Positions 1-13,628 are shown, counted from the first letter of the stretch. The stretch is 64,000 nt of DNA from Utricularia gibba (GCA_002189035.1 NEEC01000004.1:620001-684000); one strand, 5' to 3'. A program made the numbers and translations. The notes: generated by a model not told the origin, from the letters alone.

Positions 1-549
1 TTGGACGCTGGTAGTTCCAGCCTATCCAGCCATGGCATTCCCGTGACGGGGACCAATGCCTAGGGACCATGTCCTTAGACAATGGGGGAAAAGAAGGAAA
101 TAAAAATAATTTAGTAGGAGAGAGGGCATTCTTATCCCATACAACCTCTGCATTTGTTATTCAGCTTTCCCAAGTTACAGCTTTTCTTTTTCTACCCCTT
201 CAAACGCTGGGAGAGGCGTATCTTTCACTTTACCTCCTCCCGTATCTGTGACATGGAGCATTTCATTTTTTTTCTTAGATTTTGGTTGTCCTGAATCTGG
301 TTTATGTCATTAGATTATTTGGGAAGGCCCAGGTTTCTGTTAGCTTTTGCTTGGTTGAGCTGATGCTGTCCACCTCTAGAATCTTTGAGCATCTCTTGCC
401 TCATGTTCATGGACTGGCAAATTTCTGTCTTTCTTCTGATCTTGAGTTTGCTTGACAGATTCAATGACTGAGAAAGTATTTTCATTGTTTTGATTGGTAG
501 CACAGTTTGGGAAAGAGGACATCAATGTGGTCTAAATTACACAGCTCGA

Positions 550-3500
550 ATGGAGGATGTATGTGAACCGGAGCAAGTGTTGCGAAAGCAATCTACCTCA
601 TCGGCTGCAAGACTACCCCTGGTTCCCACTGAAAACAAGAATGGAGCTTCTCGCCAAGGTCGAATCAGCTCAAGGCACCGGTCACCTACACCATCTGCGG
701 GTACTGGTTCAAAGCGGCATCCTTCTCCAAATGGACGTAATGCATCATTGCCTTCAATTCTGTCAACACCAAAGAGAGCGACATCAGTTGAAAAAATGCG
801 GCCATATAGGTCATCTTCATCAACCCCTGTGCAGGAGACGGTTGAAGGGGAGTTTTTTGTAAGGAAACAACCTGGCAGTAAGTTACCTGAATCTTTATGG
901 CCATCCACAATGCGGAGTCTTGCTGTTTCTTTTCGATCAGATGCTCAATCACTTCCAAGTAGTAAGAGGGAGAGGCATGTTTCTTGCACACCTTCAAATG
1001 TCACCAGTAAATTGGCTGAAGCTTCTGATTCCAGGAAGCCAACCCCAGAAAGGATGAGGAGTCCAATTAAGGGAAAAAATTCTTCTGACGAGTTAGAGAA
1101 TTCGAAACCTGTTGATAATTTACCCCTTCGCCTAGCAGATAAACATAGATGGCCAAGCAAAACAAATGGTAAAGTGTCAAGTGCTCTTAACAGAAGTATT
1201 GACCTGGTTGACAAGAGTGCCAAGTTTTCATCATTATCATCATCAGTATCTGGTTCGTCTTCTTATAGAAGACTTTCTTTGGACGGAGCAACTAAGTCAT
1301 TGTCCAAATTGTCAAGTGATTTGCTAATGCAACTGTCTCGTGATGACAGTGCCCTGCAAATGCAAAAGCTTGGCTCAACAATGTCATCAGATAGATTGCA
1401 ATTGGCAAATGCGGCAGCTAGAGCTCTGTCCTCACCATCTCATGGAATGCACCCTCGCTCACGATCTGTGACCCGAGGGAGCAGTCCATCTCAATCAAAG
1501 GTTGCCCCTTCTTCCAGAGGATCCAGTCCGTCTAGGGTAAGACAACCGAGTCCATCTAGGCAACCTCAGATTCCAACTTCTGTCTTGAGCTTTATTGTGG
1601 ATATTAGAAAAGGAAAGAAGTCTGCAAGTTACATTGATGATGTACATCAACTAAGGATGCTGTATAATAGACAATTGCAATGGAGATATGCAAATGCTCA
1701 AGTTGATGCCGCAATGCAATCTCAGAAAGTAAAAGCAGAGGTTTGGTATTAAATCCTGGTGTTTTTCAACAATTTTTTAAATGACTATATATGTGACCAT
1801 TTACTTAGCTACACTTCATAGTGTTTTAGTTGTATCATTGATAATAATGGTCGATTCTTACTCTAGAAAATGTGATTTTAGCTCTTAACGTGAAGCATTT
1901 TCTTTCCCAAGAGGCAGGAAAATGTAGAACTAGATTCTCCTTTTTATAAACTCAGAGTCATCCTTTTTAGCTAAATGTTATTTGGTAATGCAGAAGATGT
2001 TATGTGGCGTCAGCAGGCTAATTTGTGATCTATGGGATTCATTACTAAAGAAAAGGATGATCCTTCAACAACTGAATCTGAAGTCAAAGATTTACTCACT
2101 GCTGAATAACCATGTAATGTGTTTCCATATAAATGTTTCCTTTGAAAATATGCTTTTATTTCGCTTCTCATTTTTTCTTGATTCAGCTATACATGTGTGT
2201 TAAATAGCCACATGTTCTATTGTCTCTACGTTCCTGTTTGGGTAGTACTTTGAAGTTCATAGACTAAGGTTGTCATTATATCTGCACCATACACAAATTC
2301 GCATTATCTATTTTTCCATAACATGTTTAGTGTTGAGTTGATGTTTCAAGAATCTGAAACCCTTCTAAACCGAATTTTGCATGCTCAGCTATCAGCTCTT
2401 GATGAATGGGCTTCCATTGAAAGGGATCATGTCAGCAATTTAACCTGGACAGTACAAGATCTTCAGGCTAGTACAATTTGCGTACCTGTCACAGCAAGCG
2501 CCAGGGTATCTTCTTCTACTTTTCCTGAGTTCTGTATACCAGGGAGACATCTTGAATGCAAATATTGTAGGGAGAAATTAAAAGTCTGAAGGCAGCTATG
2601 TGCTCTGCTGTTGATGTCATGCAGACAGTTGTATCGTTCATAAGTCCGATACTCCCAAAGGTGAGATGACCTTACATCTTGCATATTTTATCTGTAGTCA
2701 ACATTCAGTGCAGAGTTTTGCAGTATTGTTTTCTTCATTAGTTCAATCTGTTAATCATTTTATCTGATTGATATGAAAAATGATTTTAACACTCCATTGC
2801 TGATTCCGCACATCTTCTCTCGTGTAAAGACTATACACTGCATTTCTGCATGACTTTTTAATCTCTTCTTTTTTGTAGCTAAAGTTGAATATCTAGGCTA
2901 CATTTTTTTGTTTGAAAATGTTGTTACACTTGAACCGCATTACATTTTTATAAGGTTTAGAATGCCTATTCGTGTGGGATAATCTTGTGTATGGGAAGAA
3001 ACTTAGGCACTTGATCCTACCAGCTCATTACTCAATTTTCACACTGTCATCATACAACAGTCATTGTAGATACTGTTTGAATATTATAGGTGGAGGAGAT
3101 GAACCAGCTTTTTTCAGAGCTCGCTGATATGGCAGCATACGCTGGAGCTTCTCTTAATGATTGCGAGTCAGTTTTGGGTACCATAGACACATTACAGGTA
3201 AGAAAATACTTCGCATTTGCATCCAGGATCAAAGCTGTCTTCTTTTCCTCTACCCCCTGTATGCCCTCTCAGGATTTTAGCTACTTAGTGTATCTTCTCT
3301 TGTTCAATTTTCCAGACTTTTCCACTTTGCCATCTCCTGCATTGAACCAGTCATCTCTGCAAATTTCCCTGATAGTCATAGATCTTCTTTCAAAAGACGT
3401 TTCTTCACTTTTTCGCTCCACATCCAACTGTCCCTTGCTAATGAAACAGGTTGAAGAGTACAGCCTCAGGGCCCATCTTCTACAGGTGAAGCAAACCTGA
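550..3500 (+). CDS. AUG8: QWRF-family microtubule-associated protein (AUGMIN subunit 8-like); about 6 exons
   Basis: Ser/Arg-rich N-terminus with SSRHRSPTP and LPESLWPSTMRSLAVSF, family motif LYNRQLQWRYANA. Exon 1 is 550-1740, followed by GT-AG exons encoding KMLCGVSRL..., LSALDEWASIERDH..., SLKAAMCSAVDVMQ..., VEEMNQLFSELA... and VEEYSLRAHLLQVKQT*. Confidence 0.9.
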
Positions 3501-3993
3501 AGGGAAGTCGGGGACACCTATTGTGCTTTCAGATGATCAATCCCCAACTTTTTTTGGCTGGTGGGGGGATGAGGTATCTGCTAACCCATGAGGCTTCAGC
3601 TCTGAAGAGTAACGCTGCCACTTCAAGTTTCTTTTGTAAATTGATATTCTCTCCACTCAGCTCCTACAGCTTTAGGTTTCACATATTTATTTCTACATTC
3701 TAACATTATAAGAAATGAAACTCCTTCGCAGCTTCCCTGCTCAATGCTTCCTGTAAATTTATCTGTAGTATATACACAAAGTGCTTTAGCTTTTGATCAC
3801 AGAATTTTGCTCTTGTTTGTATTGAGGTGATATGGTGATCTTTTACTATATTCTCCACATAAGAAGCAGCTCACATTCATAAGCTCATCGCTCTTGTATC
3901 ATCAGCCAGTTTCCAACGAAACTGCAACAAAGTTTCTTGATCTGTTGTAATTTTAAAACGCAAGACGAATAGACCTCCCCTACTTGCCGAGCT

Positions 3994-5354
3994 TCAGACT
4001 CTTACAGCAACTGGATCCTGCCATGATATCTTCCTCTTCGCTACACGAGATGAGGCGCCTTCCCCGGCACTTCGACACAGAAGCAACTTCAAGTCATTTT
4101 GCATGTTTTCATCCCTGGAACTCTTCATGGTCCTCGGAGGCTCAGCATTATTGTGCTGAGTATCCTCATCGCCTACTGAGATCTCGTTCAAATCAAACAG
4201 TGGAGCTCGGTTGGGCACCAACACTTCCGTCCTGCAAAGGCTGGTCTCTGCAAAAGCTTCAACTGGATCCCTGGAAGCCATCCCGAATGTGTCCACATCT
4301 TTTGTGGCCGCTTTGCCATATTCAGCACCGAGCTTCCCACTTCGTTTCCCAGCTTTCCTCTGCATAGAACCCGCAGCTTTGTTTGTTCCACTCTTTCTCC
4401 CTTGCAATGCTTCCTTGTGATGCGGATACACCGAGGATGAAGTGCTCCGGCACACTTCCTTGCTCTCTGTTCTATGACTGGATAACTTTGCACTCAAAGT
4501 ACTTCTATTCACCAAGGAATGGTATTTCCTTCTCAAAAACCTACCGCAAATGGTGTAAATAACCAGGAGAAGCCAAGAAAGTGCAATAAAAAAAGCAGCA
4601 TAAGATTCAGCACAGACTCAAGCAAATGGTCAATGTTACATTGATGCCAATATGAATCAATGATAAGCATTGGAAGTGAATAGTAACAGGAGAGAATGGA
4701 AATAGTAGCAAATTTTAAGAGGCAAAAGGTTTTCATACCGAACTTCAGCAGCAACCATAATCTTCCTTCTATTGGCTGCTCCCAAGGTTCTTTTCATATC
4801 ATCAACTTCCTGAGAAGTTCGATCGGGAGAAATTATATCTCACGATTCATATGATTGTTCATAAACATCATACTCCATTTATTTTGTGACAATCAGGCTA
4901 TGGCAACGAAGAAGAGAATCGCAAGAAACATAAGATAGAAAAAAAAAAGTAGTAATGGTAACACGATCGAGTGGCTAAATCATGGGAAAGAGAGGGGGAA
5001 CCAATTCAACAAAGTTTAGAACTAACAAAGCTTTGAAATTTGGGGAAAAAAAAAACAACAACGGGTAGGGGATTACAACAAGAGAAAGCTGCAGCTATGC
5101 AATAGAAAAACCTGTAATACGAGAAATAAACCGCACCCAAAAAATGAAAGCATATATAATAGATCCATAACAACAACTTAACACTCAATAAAACAACAGA
5201 TCTCCAACCAAAAGGCAGAAAAAAGAAGAACCTTCTGCAGTTGCTGATAGTTTTGCATTAGAGTCTGGAGCTTAAGCCTGGCCTTAGCATCCTCCAAAAA
5301 ACCAATCCCGTGGCCTGGCGTTGAGCCCGAAACCACCCCTGTACTCTTAGACAT
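3994..5354 (-). CDS. Uncharacterised plant coiled-coil protein (family ending KRKISWQDPVAxRV); 3 exons
   Basis: Exons about 5354-5232 (MSKSTG...LQTLMQNYQQLQK), about 4810-4736 (EVDDMKRTLGAANRRKIMVAAEVR) and about 4545-3994 (FLRRKYHSL...KRKISWQDPVAVRV*), joined by GT-AG introns. Confidence 0.8.
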
Positions 5355-6444
5355 CAGATCAAAATACCCTTCTCTCAAAATTCTTAATCTTCAACAAGAT
5401 CGGAGGTAAAAAAGAAAGGAGATGAATATGAAGACAAAAGAGAAGATGGGCCTGCCAATAAAGGAGGAGCCTCCAGGGAATGAGACGGTAATAGGGAGAT
5501 AGAGAGGAGTTAGCGCAAAGAAAAGAAGAAAAAAAGAAAGGAAAATGGGAGAGAGGCGTGGGAATGTGGGAGGTGGGGAGGTTCCTCTTTCGTTCTTTCC
5601 TTGCCTCCTTTCTTGTTGTCTCTGTAGGTAGACTCTGACCAAAGCAAATGCCGAAAAAGCCGACATAACACGGGCAAAAAATAAAAACCCATGGGAGTAA
5701 ATTTGTGATGATATGGAAGCAGGGCAGGGAGATGGAGGGAAGTCGATCTCATGTAGATGATGAGCAAAGATGGAATCTTTTCTTCAGCGATGCAGATAAT
5801 AAAGCTTTTTTGAAGCCGAAAAATCAGTCAATAATTAGAAGAAGGCATCCAACCCAACGCTGCTCATCCATCCACATGAATGAACCAACTTCCTTGTCCA
5901 ATCAATCCCAACTGGGCCTCCCCCCGACGACGGATGTAATTTCTGCGTCGGCGCTACATCAACTGAAACAGGCGTGCCTGGCTGGTTCGCTACCCCTATC
6001 TCTCTCTCTAAACGTACTAAACTATACACAAACCCTACCCCATAAAGGAAGAAAGAGATACAAAAAGCCAGCTTTTAATGGTTTCCCTTCTCCTGCTTCT
6101 TTCCCTATTCCCCCCGTTTCCACTCTGACCTTGTGAAGGAGAACGAGAGATTGGGATGCCCTGAAAAAAAGCCATGAATTTGGACACCCAGATGATAGGG
6201 ATGCCCATTTTTCACTACTAATACATATTTATTTATTGAAAAAAAATAACTTTATTATATTTATTTTTAAAAAATATATCTTGATAAATATAACACAAAA
6301 TATTTGTAGTGACATGCTGCCCAGCAGTGTTGATAGATAGAAGAAGACGAATACATGTTCTTCACGGGCAGCTGAGGGAGGTCTCTCTGCCTGCCTGTGT
6401 TGCATATTTGTGAGTTTTTGTACAGCCATTAGCCAACAAGCACA

Positions 6445-8624
6445 TTATCTTCTTCTCTGTACTGCTCTGGTTTGCTCCTGTGCTGATGCTTTGGTCACAA
6501 GCCTTTTCCCTCCATCGGCTCTGAGGAGGCAGCTGCCTACTGCATCACCCCTTTGTCCGGGTGTTTCTTCTCGGGCGATCACCGTCTGCCGGTAGCCCTT
6601 AAACGCCACGAATAGCATGAACACTGCACACACCTGGCCGTTCAATCAGTAGAACAAAGGATGTGTGCTGGGATGGCATAGTTTCTGATGATGATGGGAG
6701 TGAAGAAACTGACCAGCCCATATTCGAGCAATGACGGACATGGAGTTCCAGATGAAGGCGAAGAATGTGAATGCAATGAGCTTCTTGTGGGAACACGAGT
6801 CCCAAACATGGTGAAATCTTCTCATCCAAAAACTACCTGCCAATGTGTCTATGATATGAGTTCTAGTACTAAGAGTTGATCCAATTCTATGGGATGCGAT
6901 TGCAGGATGGATGAAATAGCAGAATAGCAACATTAAAAGAGTGAATCCTGGCTCACCATGAGCAGTTAGCTGAGAAGAGTAGGAAGAGCAGATCTTTGGC
7001 AAAGTGAATAATCCAAAGAACCCTGCGAGAGAGTGGAAAATCAATTTAGATAGCTTACTTTTCAAGCGTCATGTGAAAATCCAAAGGAAGCGAATTTCGT
7101 TTACCTATTTTGATCATTTTCCAGATGGTTATGGAGCTGCCAAACTGAGCCAAAGCAAACAGAAGAATTGCCAACTGCCAGCCACATTCACAACTTTCTA
7201 ACCATATGAGTTTCATGGAGAGCTTCATATAGCATGGGGATTATATATGAAATTTCACCTTCATGGTGGTGGCAGGATCCCCTGAGAAAAGGGCTCTCAG
7301 TTTTAAGAGAAATTCATTTACAAAAGGGACAACTTGCTTCGCTACCCAAATGGCATCTTCTTCTCCAATGACATATTCTTGGTTTTGAAAATGTTGGTCG
7401 GCAGATTCCCTTCAAAGGCAGATGAAAAGGGTACCTTTTAAGGGGTTAGGGAATGCAGAAACTCAATTGCAGTTGCAAAGTAATTACCTGCTGATGAGGG
7501 ATCTGAAGAGAAAACTTGCAGACAGATACAGAAGGCCAAGGTACGAAACTACACATATGGTGCTGCACAGTAACAAATTTATTATCCCAGGGATGAAGTG
7601 TGCAGTACAACACCTACCATTCTCACCTGATGTTGTGACTGTTTGTGAATGAGGATGAAATGATAGAAAACGTTCCAATTCCGAAGATAAAGGCTGTTTT
7701 TGATACATCTCTCCACATTATAAGATCCACTAACTCAAAATAAAAGTAGAAAATCAGTAATCAAGAAGAAAAAAAGAATGCTTCCAGTGAAGTAAAGTAC
7801 ACTGCACTGACCATAGCTTTGTAGCTTACTGCTGGTACTTGGGAATTCACTGAAATGACCTGAACCTAGAATTTGATAACATAGAGATAAAAGTGAGGGC
7901 AAGTTGTACCCAAAGCATTGGAAGTGACAAAGGAGTTACTTGGTTTTGAATCCGCTTTCACGGAGAAATGTTGCAATACGACTCTTTTGGCACCAGGAGT
8001 TGGTTTGTTCCAAGGCTTTGAGTTCTTCGTTTGGAATTTATTTTCCTCAATTAAAACTACCTCTTGACTCTGCTTCTGTAGACTGGTATCTTCGTTTTTG
8101 TACTGAATTTTGTCGGTTGCTGCATCAAGAAGTTGTGTTTCTTCAACTGAAACCTTGAGTTGGCTTGTAATCGCATCCTTCTCTTCTGACACAGCATCTC
8201 CTCTATCACATCCTGACTTCTGAGCCTCAACTGGGATCCATTCACATTGTCCATCAACTTCCTCAAGACCTTTCCTTGGCTCATCTGCCACGCTCTTATC
8301 ATCACATTTCTTCACATCAACCCCTGGCTTCGTTTTAACCATCTGATTCTTCGACAAAACTTTGGAATCCCCCGATTCAGAGCTTCCTCCATTTGAACGA
8401 TCACTTTTCATCTCCGATTTGCTGGGACTTGTCTTGATCCCATCTGGAGAAACAATCGATTCCTTCAATTTCTGATCCAAATCTCTTCTGCTTGATTCAG
8501 ATCGCCTCGCGATATGAAGTGGGCTCCTCTCGCAATTGTCAGATTTCCATGTTTTTCTCTTCCCACTAACATTGGGGCTCACACTATCAACTCCCACTGT
8601 TTTCTGAAACTCTGAAACTTTCAC
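6445..8624 (-). CDS. RTNLB21: Reticulon-like protein with long N-terminal extension (RTNLB17/18/21 type); about 8 exons
   Basis: Spliced exons give SKLQSY-VDLIMWRDVSKTAFIFGIGTFSIISSS, VVSYLGLLYLSASFLFRSL, LRALFSGDPATTMK, FFGLFTLPKICSSYSSQL and FWMRRFHHVWDSCSHKK, a reticulon homology domain. Confidence 0.85.
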
Positions 8625-9329
8625 GCCATTAGTACTAACAAGTGTCCCTCCAGTTTTGGCAATAACGCCATTGATCCCCCTTTCCCCTCATCAAGCTTCA
8701 TTCTTTTCTCCCACACAGACTCTGCTTTTGGTCCACCACCGCCTCTCCTTCCACCTCCACCTAAATCCATTCCCTTTCTCAACCTTCACCTTTAAGATTC
8801 AATCAATATCAGGGGCCCCCCACACACAAATTTTTCCCAGATGGGTTCATGATGATGAGGCTCTTTTGTTTCAGTGAAAACTAAGGAAGAAGCAACATTG
8901 GGATCCCATTCCTCACCCTCTGAGACAAACAGTGCTTGTGTGTGTCAGAGAACAGTAGGAGGAGGAGCAAGGGGCATAAATGACAAACCTTTCATCTCCC
9001 GAAGTTTCTCTTTCTTTTTATTTCTTTTTTGGAATGTCAGATGCGATCACTTTTTTTTCAGCGATGATTCAATCCAGTGACTCAACCTTCACACAATAAT
9101 TGTAAGAATTGATGATGATCATGTACTCTCTTCTTTCCGCGGTGGTAGGGGTAGTTTAATATTTACCACGGCATTTAAAAGCATATCCACATCCATAGAA
9201 GTTCAACCAGAGTCATTAATGCAGTAACAATATATTAACCATTCCTTAAACTAAGGCATTTAGTACTCATCTTTTATGTACCTTAATATTCGAACGCATT
9301 GGAAGAACCTTTGCAAGAGTTCAAACTAT

Positions 9330-9770
9330 GGGACTGCACTGGATGGTCCATCAGAACTCAAGTCATAAATTGTGATGCCTTCAAAAGACGCGAAGACCAA
9401 GAGGGAAGTGGGTACTTACTATTCATGGATGAGGAGGATTAGCTGCCCTTGATGGCTTTAGCTTTGTCCCCTGCTGCTCATTCAACAGCAAAGAGAATTT
9501 ACAGGCTGTGCGGTGATAGTTCTGCTATAAAGCTTCGCAAACATCACACCATCAGTAATCAGCAATGCTTTTCTTACTTACTTCTCAAGGCCGACAACAA
9601 GCAGATCCCCAACAACACTTGCCCTGTCCACCAAACAATACTGAGACCAACGAGGAGTCACTACGTTGCATCTATTGGACCCAACCGGCTACCCCATTCA
9701 CCATACTCAATGTTCCTTCCCCCCTTTGCAACAACGAGAATTCTGATTAAGGCTCAAAGCGAATGCTGAA
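9330..9770 (+). mobile_element. Possible degenerate LINE RNase H-like (RVT_3) relic
   Basis: Interrupted frames read W...VINCDAF......GSGYLLF.D and later FTILNVPS..N, loosely matching the plant non-LTR RNase H pattern. Stops and frameshifts are present. Confidence 0.3.
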
Positions 9771-10522
9771 CAAAACATTTACACTCCAACTCTGCTCTAG
9801 ATGCATCGAACTGCCCAATGCCTGCCTCCATTTTCACAAGCACTAACTAGTTCACCATTTTCCCTTTGTGGGTTATATTGGCCAAGGCAGGCCGTCATCA
9901 CCCCGGCGCTTTTCTCTAAACCCTTGCTGTTACTGTAGGCCAGCGGACCGGAAACCTCAAACTTGTCTATGATGAGGCCAGCCCATGTGTACCGACCGAC
10001 AGCCCAAGTATGTCTATGATGATAATTTATAATTTTTAATATATTTGAGTATTTCACTTTAATTCCAAATGTAAACTAATTTGTTCTAATAATACCACTC
10101 ATATGTACGAAAGAAAAACAGTTTTGGTGATAGGATACTTTAATTATTTATAATTAAATAAAACATTTATTATATTTAGTATATTATAAATGAAAAAAAA
10201 AAAGAAAAAAAGTTAGGTACATGATCATTGTTGGGTGGTGCATAATGTTTCGGGAGCGAATGCTGGTGTACTGTGGAGGTGCGTAGTGTCCAATTGGGAG
10301 GAAACGTGGGATGATTTTGAAAAAATTATTATTCATATTTTTATGTGTGTGAAAAATAATTATTTTTAATAATTATATCTTGTATCTATACATGAGAAGA
10401 ATATGTATGATTATTTTTCTTCGATAGGAAATGGCTTCAGAACACAAATACACATGCATACGAATACATGGACACCGGAATGAAAAGCGAAGCATCGCAA
10501 GGCTGCTGATATAAATGAATCG

Positions 10523-12125
10523 CTATGCTCCGAAGTCCCACAAATGGAGGGTGCCTCCGATGAACACGCACCCACGTAGCGGTCATTTGCGGCCAGGGCA
10601 GTGGCCTCTCCGACGGCCTCCCTGAAGCTGTACAAATACTCACCCTTCGGTAAGTCCCAAACCCTGATGATCCCACCACCAACGGCCACCACAGCGTGTT
10701 CTGAGTTCAGGCACCCCAGAGCCCCTCCATGGGCACCGCCGCGGATCGGAAAGCGGCACAATTCGGTCCCGAGGTCTCCCACGCGGCGTACGGACGCCGA
10801 CCAATTGCTATCGACGATCAATGCGACTTCGTCGTTCACGTCGAAGGCATCTACGGTCACCCCGCGGTGGCACTCCTCCTGAGACAACACTAAGCCCACC
10901 GTTGTCAGGTCCACCGCCATCGTCATGTTGCTGGTGCATGCCAATGCTGTCTGGTGGCGGTTACACGCACGCGCCCTATCGGGTCGCTTAGGTCGTTTAG
11001 TAGATTCCACCCGCGAACGGATTCCGGGTTCGTTGTTGCGCCGCCGATGAACACCAGCTCCTCTGTCACGCTGTTCCAGATGTGGAACGCGTGCTCGGGT
11101 ACACCTGCATTCAGTTTACAAAAGGTTTTTGCACGAGGGAGAAATGAATCTGCAATTAATGGGAGATCTTGGCATATCTTCTGTTGAGGTGTATTAAATG
11201 CCACTTTTTTTTTTTCAAATGAAGCATAAACAAAGAGATGTGACCTGCGTATAAGCCAACCCACCACCGATCGCTGCCGGAAAAATCAACCAAAGCACCA
11301 TGGTTAACCACATCTCCCAGATGAGCGCGTCTCAGCTGCGAGGCGCCGTTGACAACTGCAACATAGATGTCGCCGTCGAGTGTGGCGAATACGAGACGAT
11401 CGTCAAGGACGATACCGGAAACAGCGTTGGAAAACCGGCCGACGCGATCGCGTAGCAGGGGGTAGAAGGTGGTGACGTACATCCTGGTCGGAAGATGGAA
11501 GAGATGAACCGCGCCGTTGGAGAATCCCGCAGCAAGATGGTCTTCGGAAAGAGCAATACGGCGGCAGGAGAGCCCGTCGATATTATTGACATTGGGAGTG
11601 AAGTGGAGTGTCGCGTAGACACATCTGCACAGCCGGAAATTGGACGCGGTGCGGTGATGGTACACGTACTCTTCCAGCCACGTGTCCCGCTCGGGCGATC
11701 TCACGTTCCATACTCGACGGCTCAGGTTCTGCCACAGAAGCTCCGACCGTGATATCGCCCTCCACGTCGAACAAACCTACACAAACCAAAATCAAAGTAA
11801 TACCGACACAAAACCTTCACCATTACCCAATAATTCAGTTGCCATATCCTCGGAAGCGTACACCTCCAAACCCCTTTATGCATGCTTCCTTTCATAGTGG
11901 AATAATCAGGGCGGATACCTGGAAAAGGCTGAAAAGGGCGCGGGCAGCAGCGATCCGGCCGAGGGAACGAGACGCGTCAACGGCAACTTGCAACGCGACG
12001 GCTTCAATCACAGGCTCCGGCCAAATGCGCCGGTTATATCTCCTCCTCATCCTGGAACACGACGGCCGCTGAAACTCCCCCACCCCTGCAGCCCCTCCAC
12101 TCGACGACGACGAAGAAGAAGACAT
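10523..12125 (-). CDS. SAP: STERILE APETALA F-box/WD40-like regulator; 3 exons; two apparent -1 frameshifts
   Basis: Exons 12125-11919, 11776-11245 and 11104-10523. Poly-Ser start, IWPEPVIEAVALQVAVDAS, VCSTWRAISRSELLW, RWWVGLYAG, GEYLYSFRE and terminal LHLWDFGA*. The frame is restored by adding one base near 10959 and one near 10554. Confidence 0.92.
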
Positions 12126-12992
12126 TTCACACTAACACGTGTCCACTTTCCTTTCTCGTCGACTCCGATTCCGAGGAAGGAAAACAACACCCCAGTACTA
12201 CTCTTCAATGCACGCCGGAGAAGCAACAAAACACAAACCCTCCAGATACGCCATCGGGAGGAGGGCCGTACATATAAAAATTTCAATTCCCTGTAATTCC
12301 CATTTGTACCCCCAAGCTGCTGCTCTATTTATTTACCAATTCGGACACCCACACTTTTGTCCGATAATGAGATTAAAATAGTAATTACGAATTCTCGGAT
12401 CATTTAATCAATATTTATTTATAGAAACGGTGGGAGGTGCAGTGCATGGTACTAGTACCACTTATAGCTACCTACTGGTATACAACTCATTTTAGCAAAA
12501 TTGCTTCATTAAAAATTACTACAATTATTAAAATAAAATTACCGGCAGACAATTTGCAGCAGGGAGTGAATGAAACGAGCAGCTTTCTCGAGTACAGCGC
12601 CCAAGTAGGCCGCAGCGAGCTTTTACCTTTTCATCCTGTTTTTTTTCTTTCTGAATTCATTCATTATTATAATAACAATAATCTTTACTACATTAAAATA
12701 TTTAATTATCTTTTTTTTTATTACAGTAGCTGGAATTATAAATCGCTGTCTTGCCTGCTTCATTTTTTTAAAATGAGTAATTGCTTGGTCGGGTCGGGAC
12801 CGCTTTGACTGAGGCTGTTCGCTTACCTGGGCACGAAATTAATAATATTCGGAATTTAAGGCAAAAAAAAGCTAAAATTAGAAGTCGGTGTGGTACTTGT
12901 GGAGCGCAACCGAGACAGAAATAATGGATAGGGTGTACTTCTGGATCGCAGGGGCGGACTGCAAGTACGACGCACGGTGCTGACAGTTGTCC

Positions 12993-13019
12993 ATGTGGGC
13001 CCAGTTATTGGTCCCACAT
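12993..13019. promoter_or_regulatory. Inverted pair of TCP-type sites upstream of SAP
   Basis: ATGTGGGCCCA-GTTAT-TGGTCCCACAT: GTGGGCCC and GGTCCCAC in inverted arrangement, 11-bp arms with one mismatch. Confidence 0.45.
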
Positions 13020-13508
13020 CGCGCCAGGTATAAATGTGACTTGTCACGAAAATGTTATTTATTTATTATTATATTATTCAGTCGTTTATCAGTTGACTGT
13101 CGCACTGTAGCCAATTCCCATTAGTCCTCGTAAATTGACGTCAATTTTTTCCTTTTTTTCGGTATATATTATATTAATAATTTCCAAAAAATGAATTTTT
13201 TATTTACGACGAGATAAAATATTCCTAAATTTCAGTTTTTGAATAATTCGAATTTTTTTAAAATTTTCATAAATGGGTACTGTCACTCAGGGTAAAATGG
13301 GAATTGAAGGGATTTTCTTAAAGGGCTTGTGGATGCTCCGTCGGAGCCCGTGTTGAAACTGGGCTTGGGTCTGGTTGTGGCCCATGTAAGGGGGAGGAGC
13401 CCTGGAATCTGGATTTTCTACGGTACGGAAGGGCAAGGCTGCTAATGTGGCTGATCAGTGGCGGAGAGGGCGGGATCATGGTATTAAAATATTTGATATT
13501 ACATGTAG

Positions 13509-13628
13509 TCAAATATATAATAAAATATAAATTATTAATAATTAATTAAATCTAATCTTTTTTAATATAATTTATGTTTTTTATGTATTTGAGTTTCACA
13601 TACCCATCATATACTAAATTTCAATATA
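13509..13628 (+). repeat. AT-rich dispersed repeat, copy A (similar to 63399-63530)
   Basis: Colinear by-eye alignment of TCAAATATATAA...AATCTTTTTT...TATG.TTTTT.T.TATTTG...AATTTCAA.ATA, roughly 70% identical. Confidence 0.4.

Noticed and set aside
1678-1689. QWRY instead of the namesake QWRF motif
   Set aside because: Conservative aromatic substitution, likely within normal family variation; no other sign of altered function.
5705-6136. 143-aa plus-strand ORF between the coiled-coil gene and the reticulon gene
   Set aside because: No recognisable motif, and it lies in promoter/terminator-type sequence with CT-rich tracts; probably a chance ORF.
12447-12460. Perfect 14-bp palindrome TGGTACTAGTACCA
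   Set aside because: An isolated short palindrome with no matching element ends; one such match is not surprising in 64 kb.
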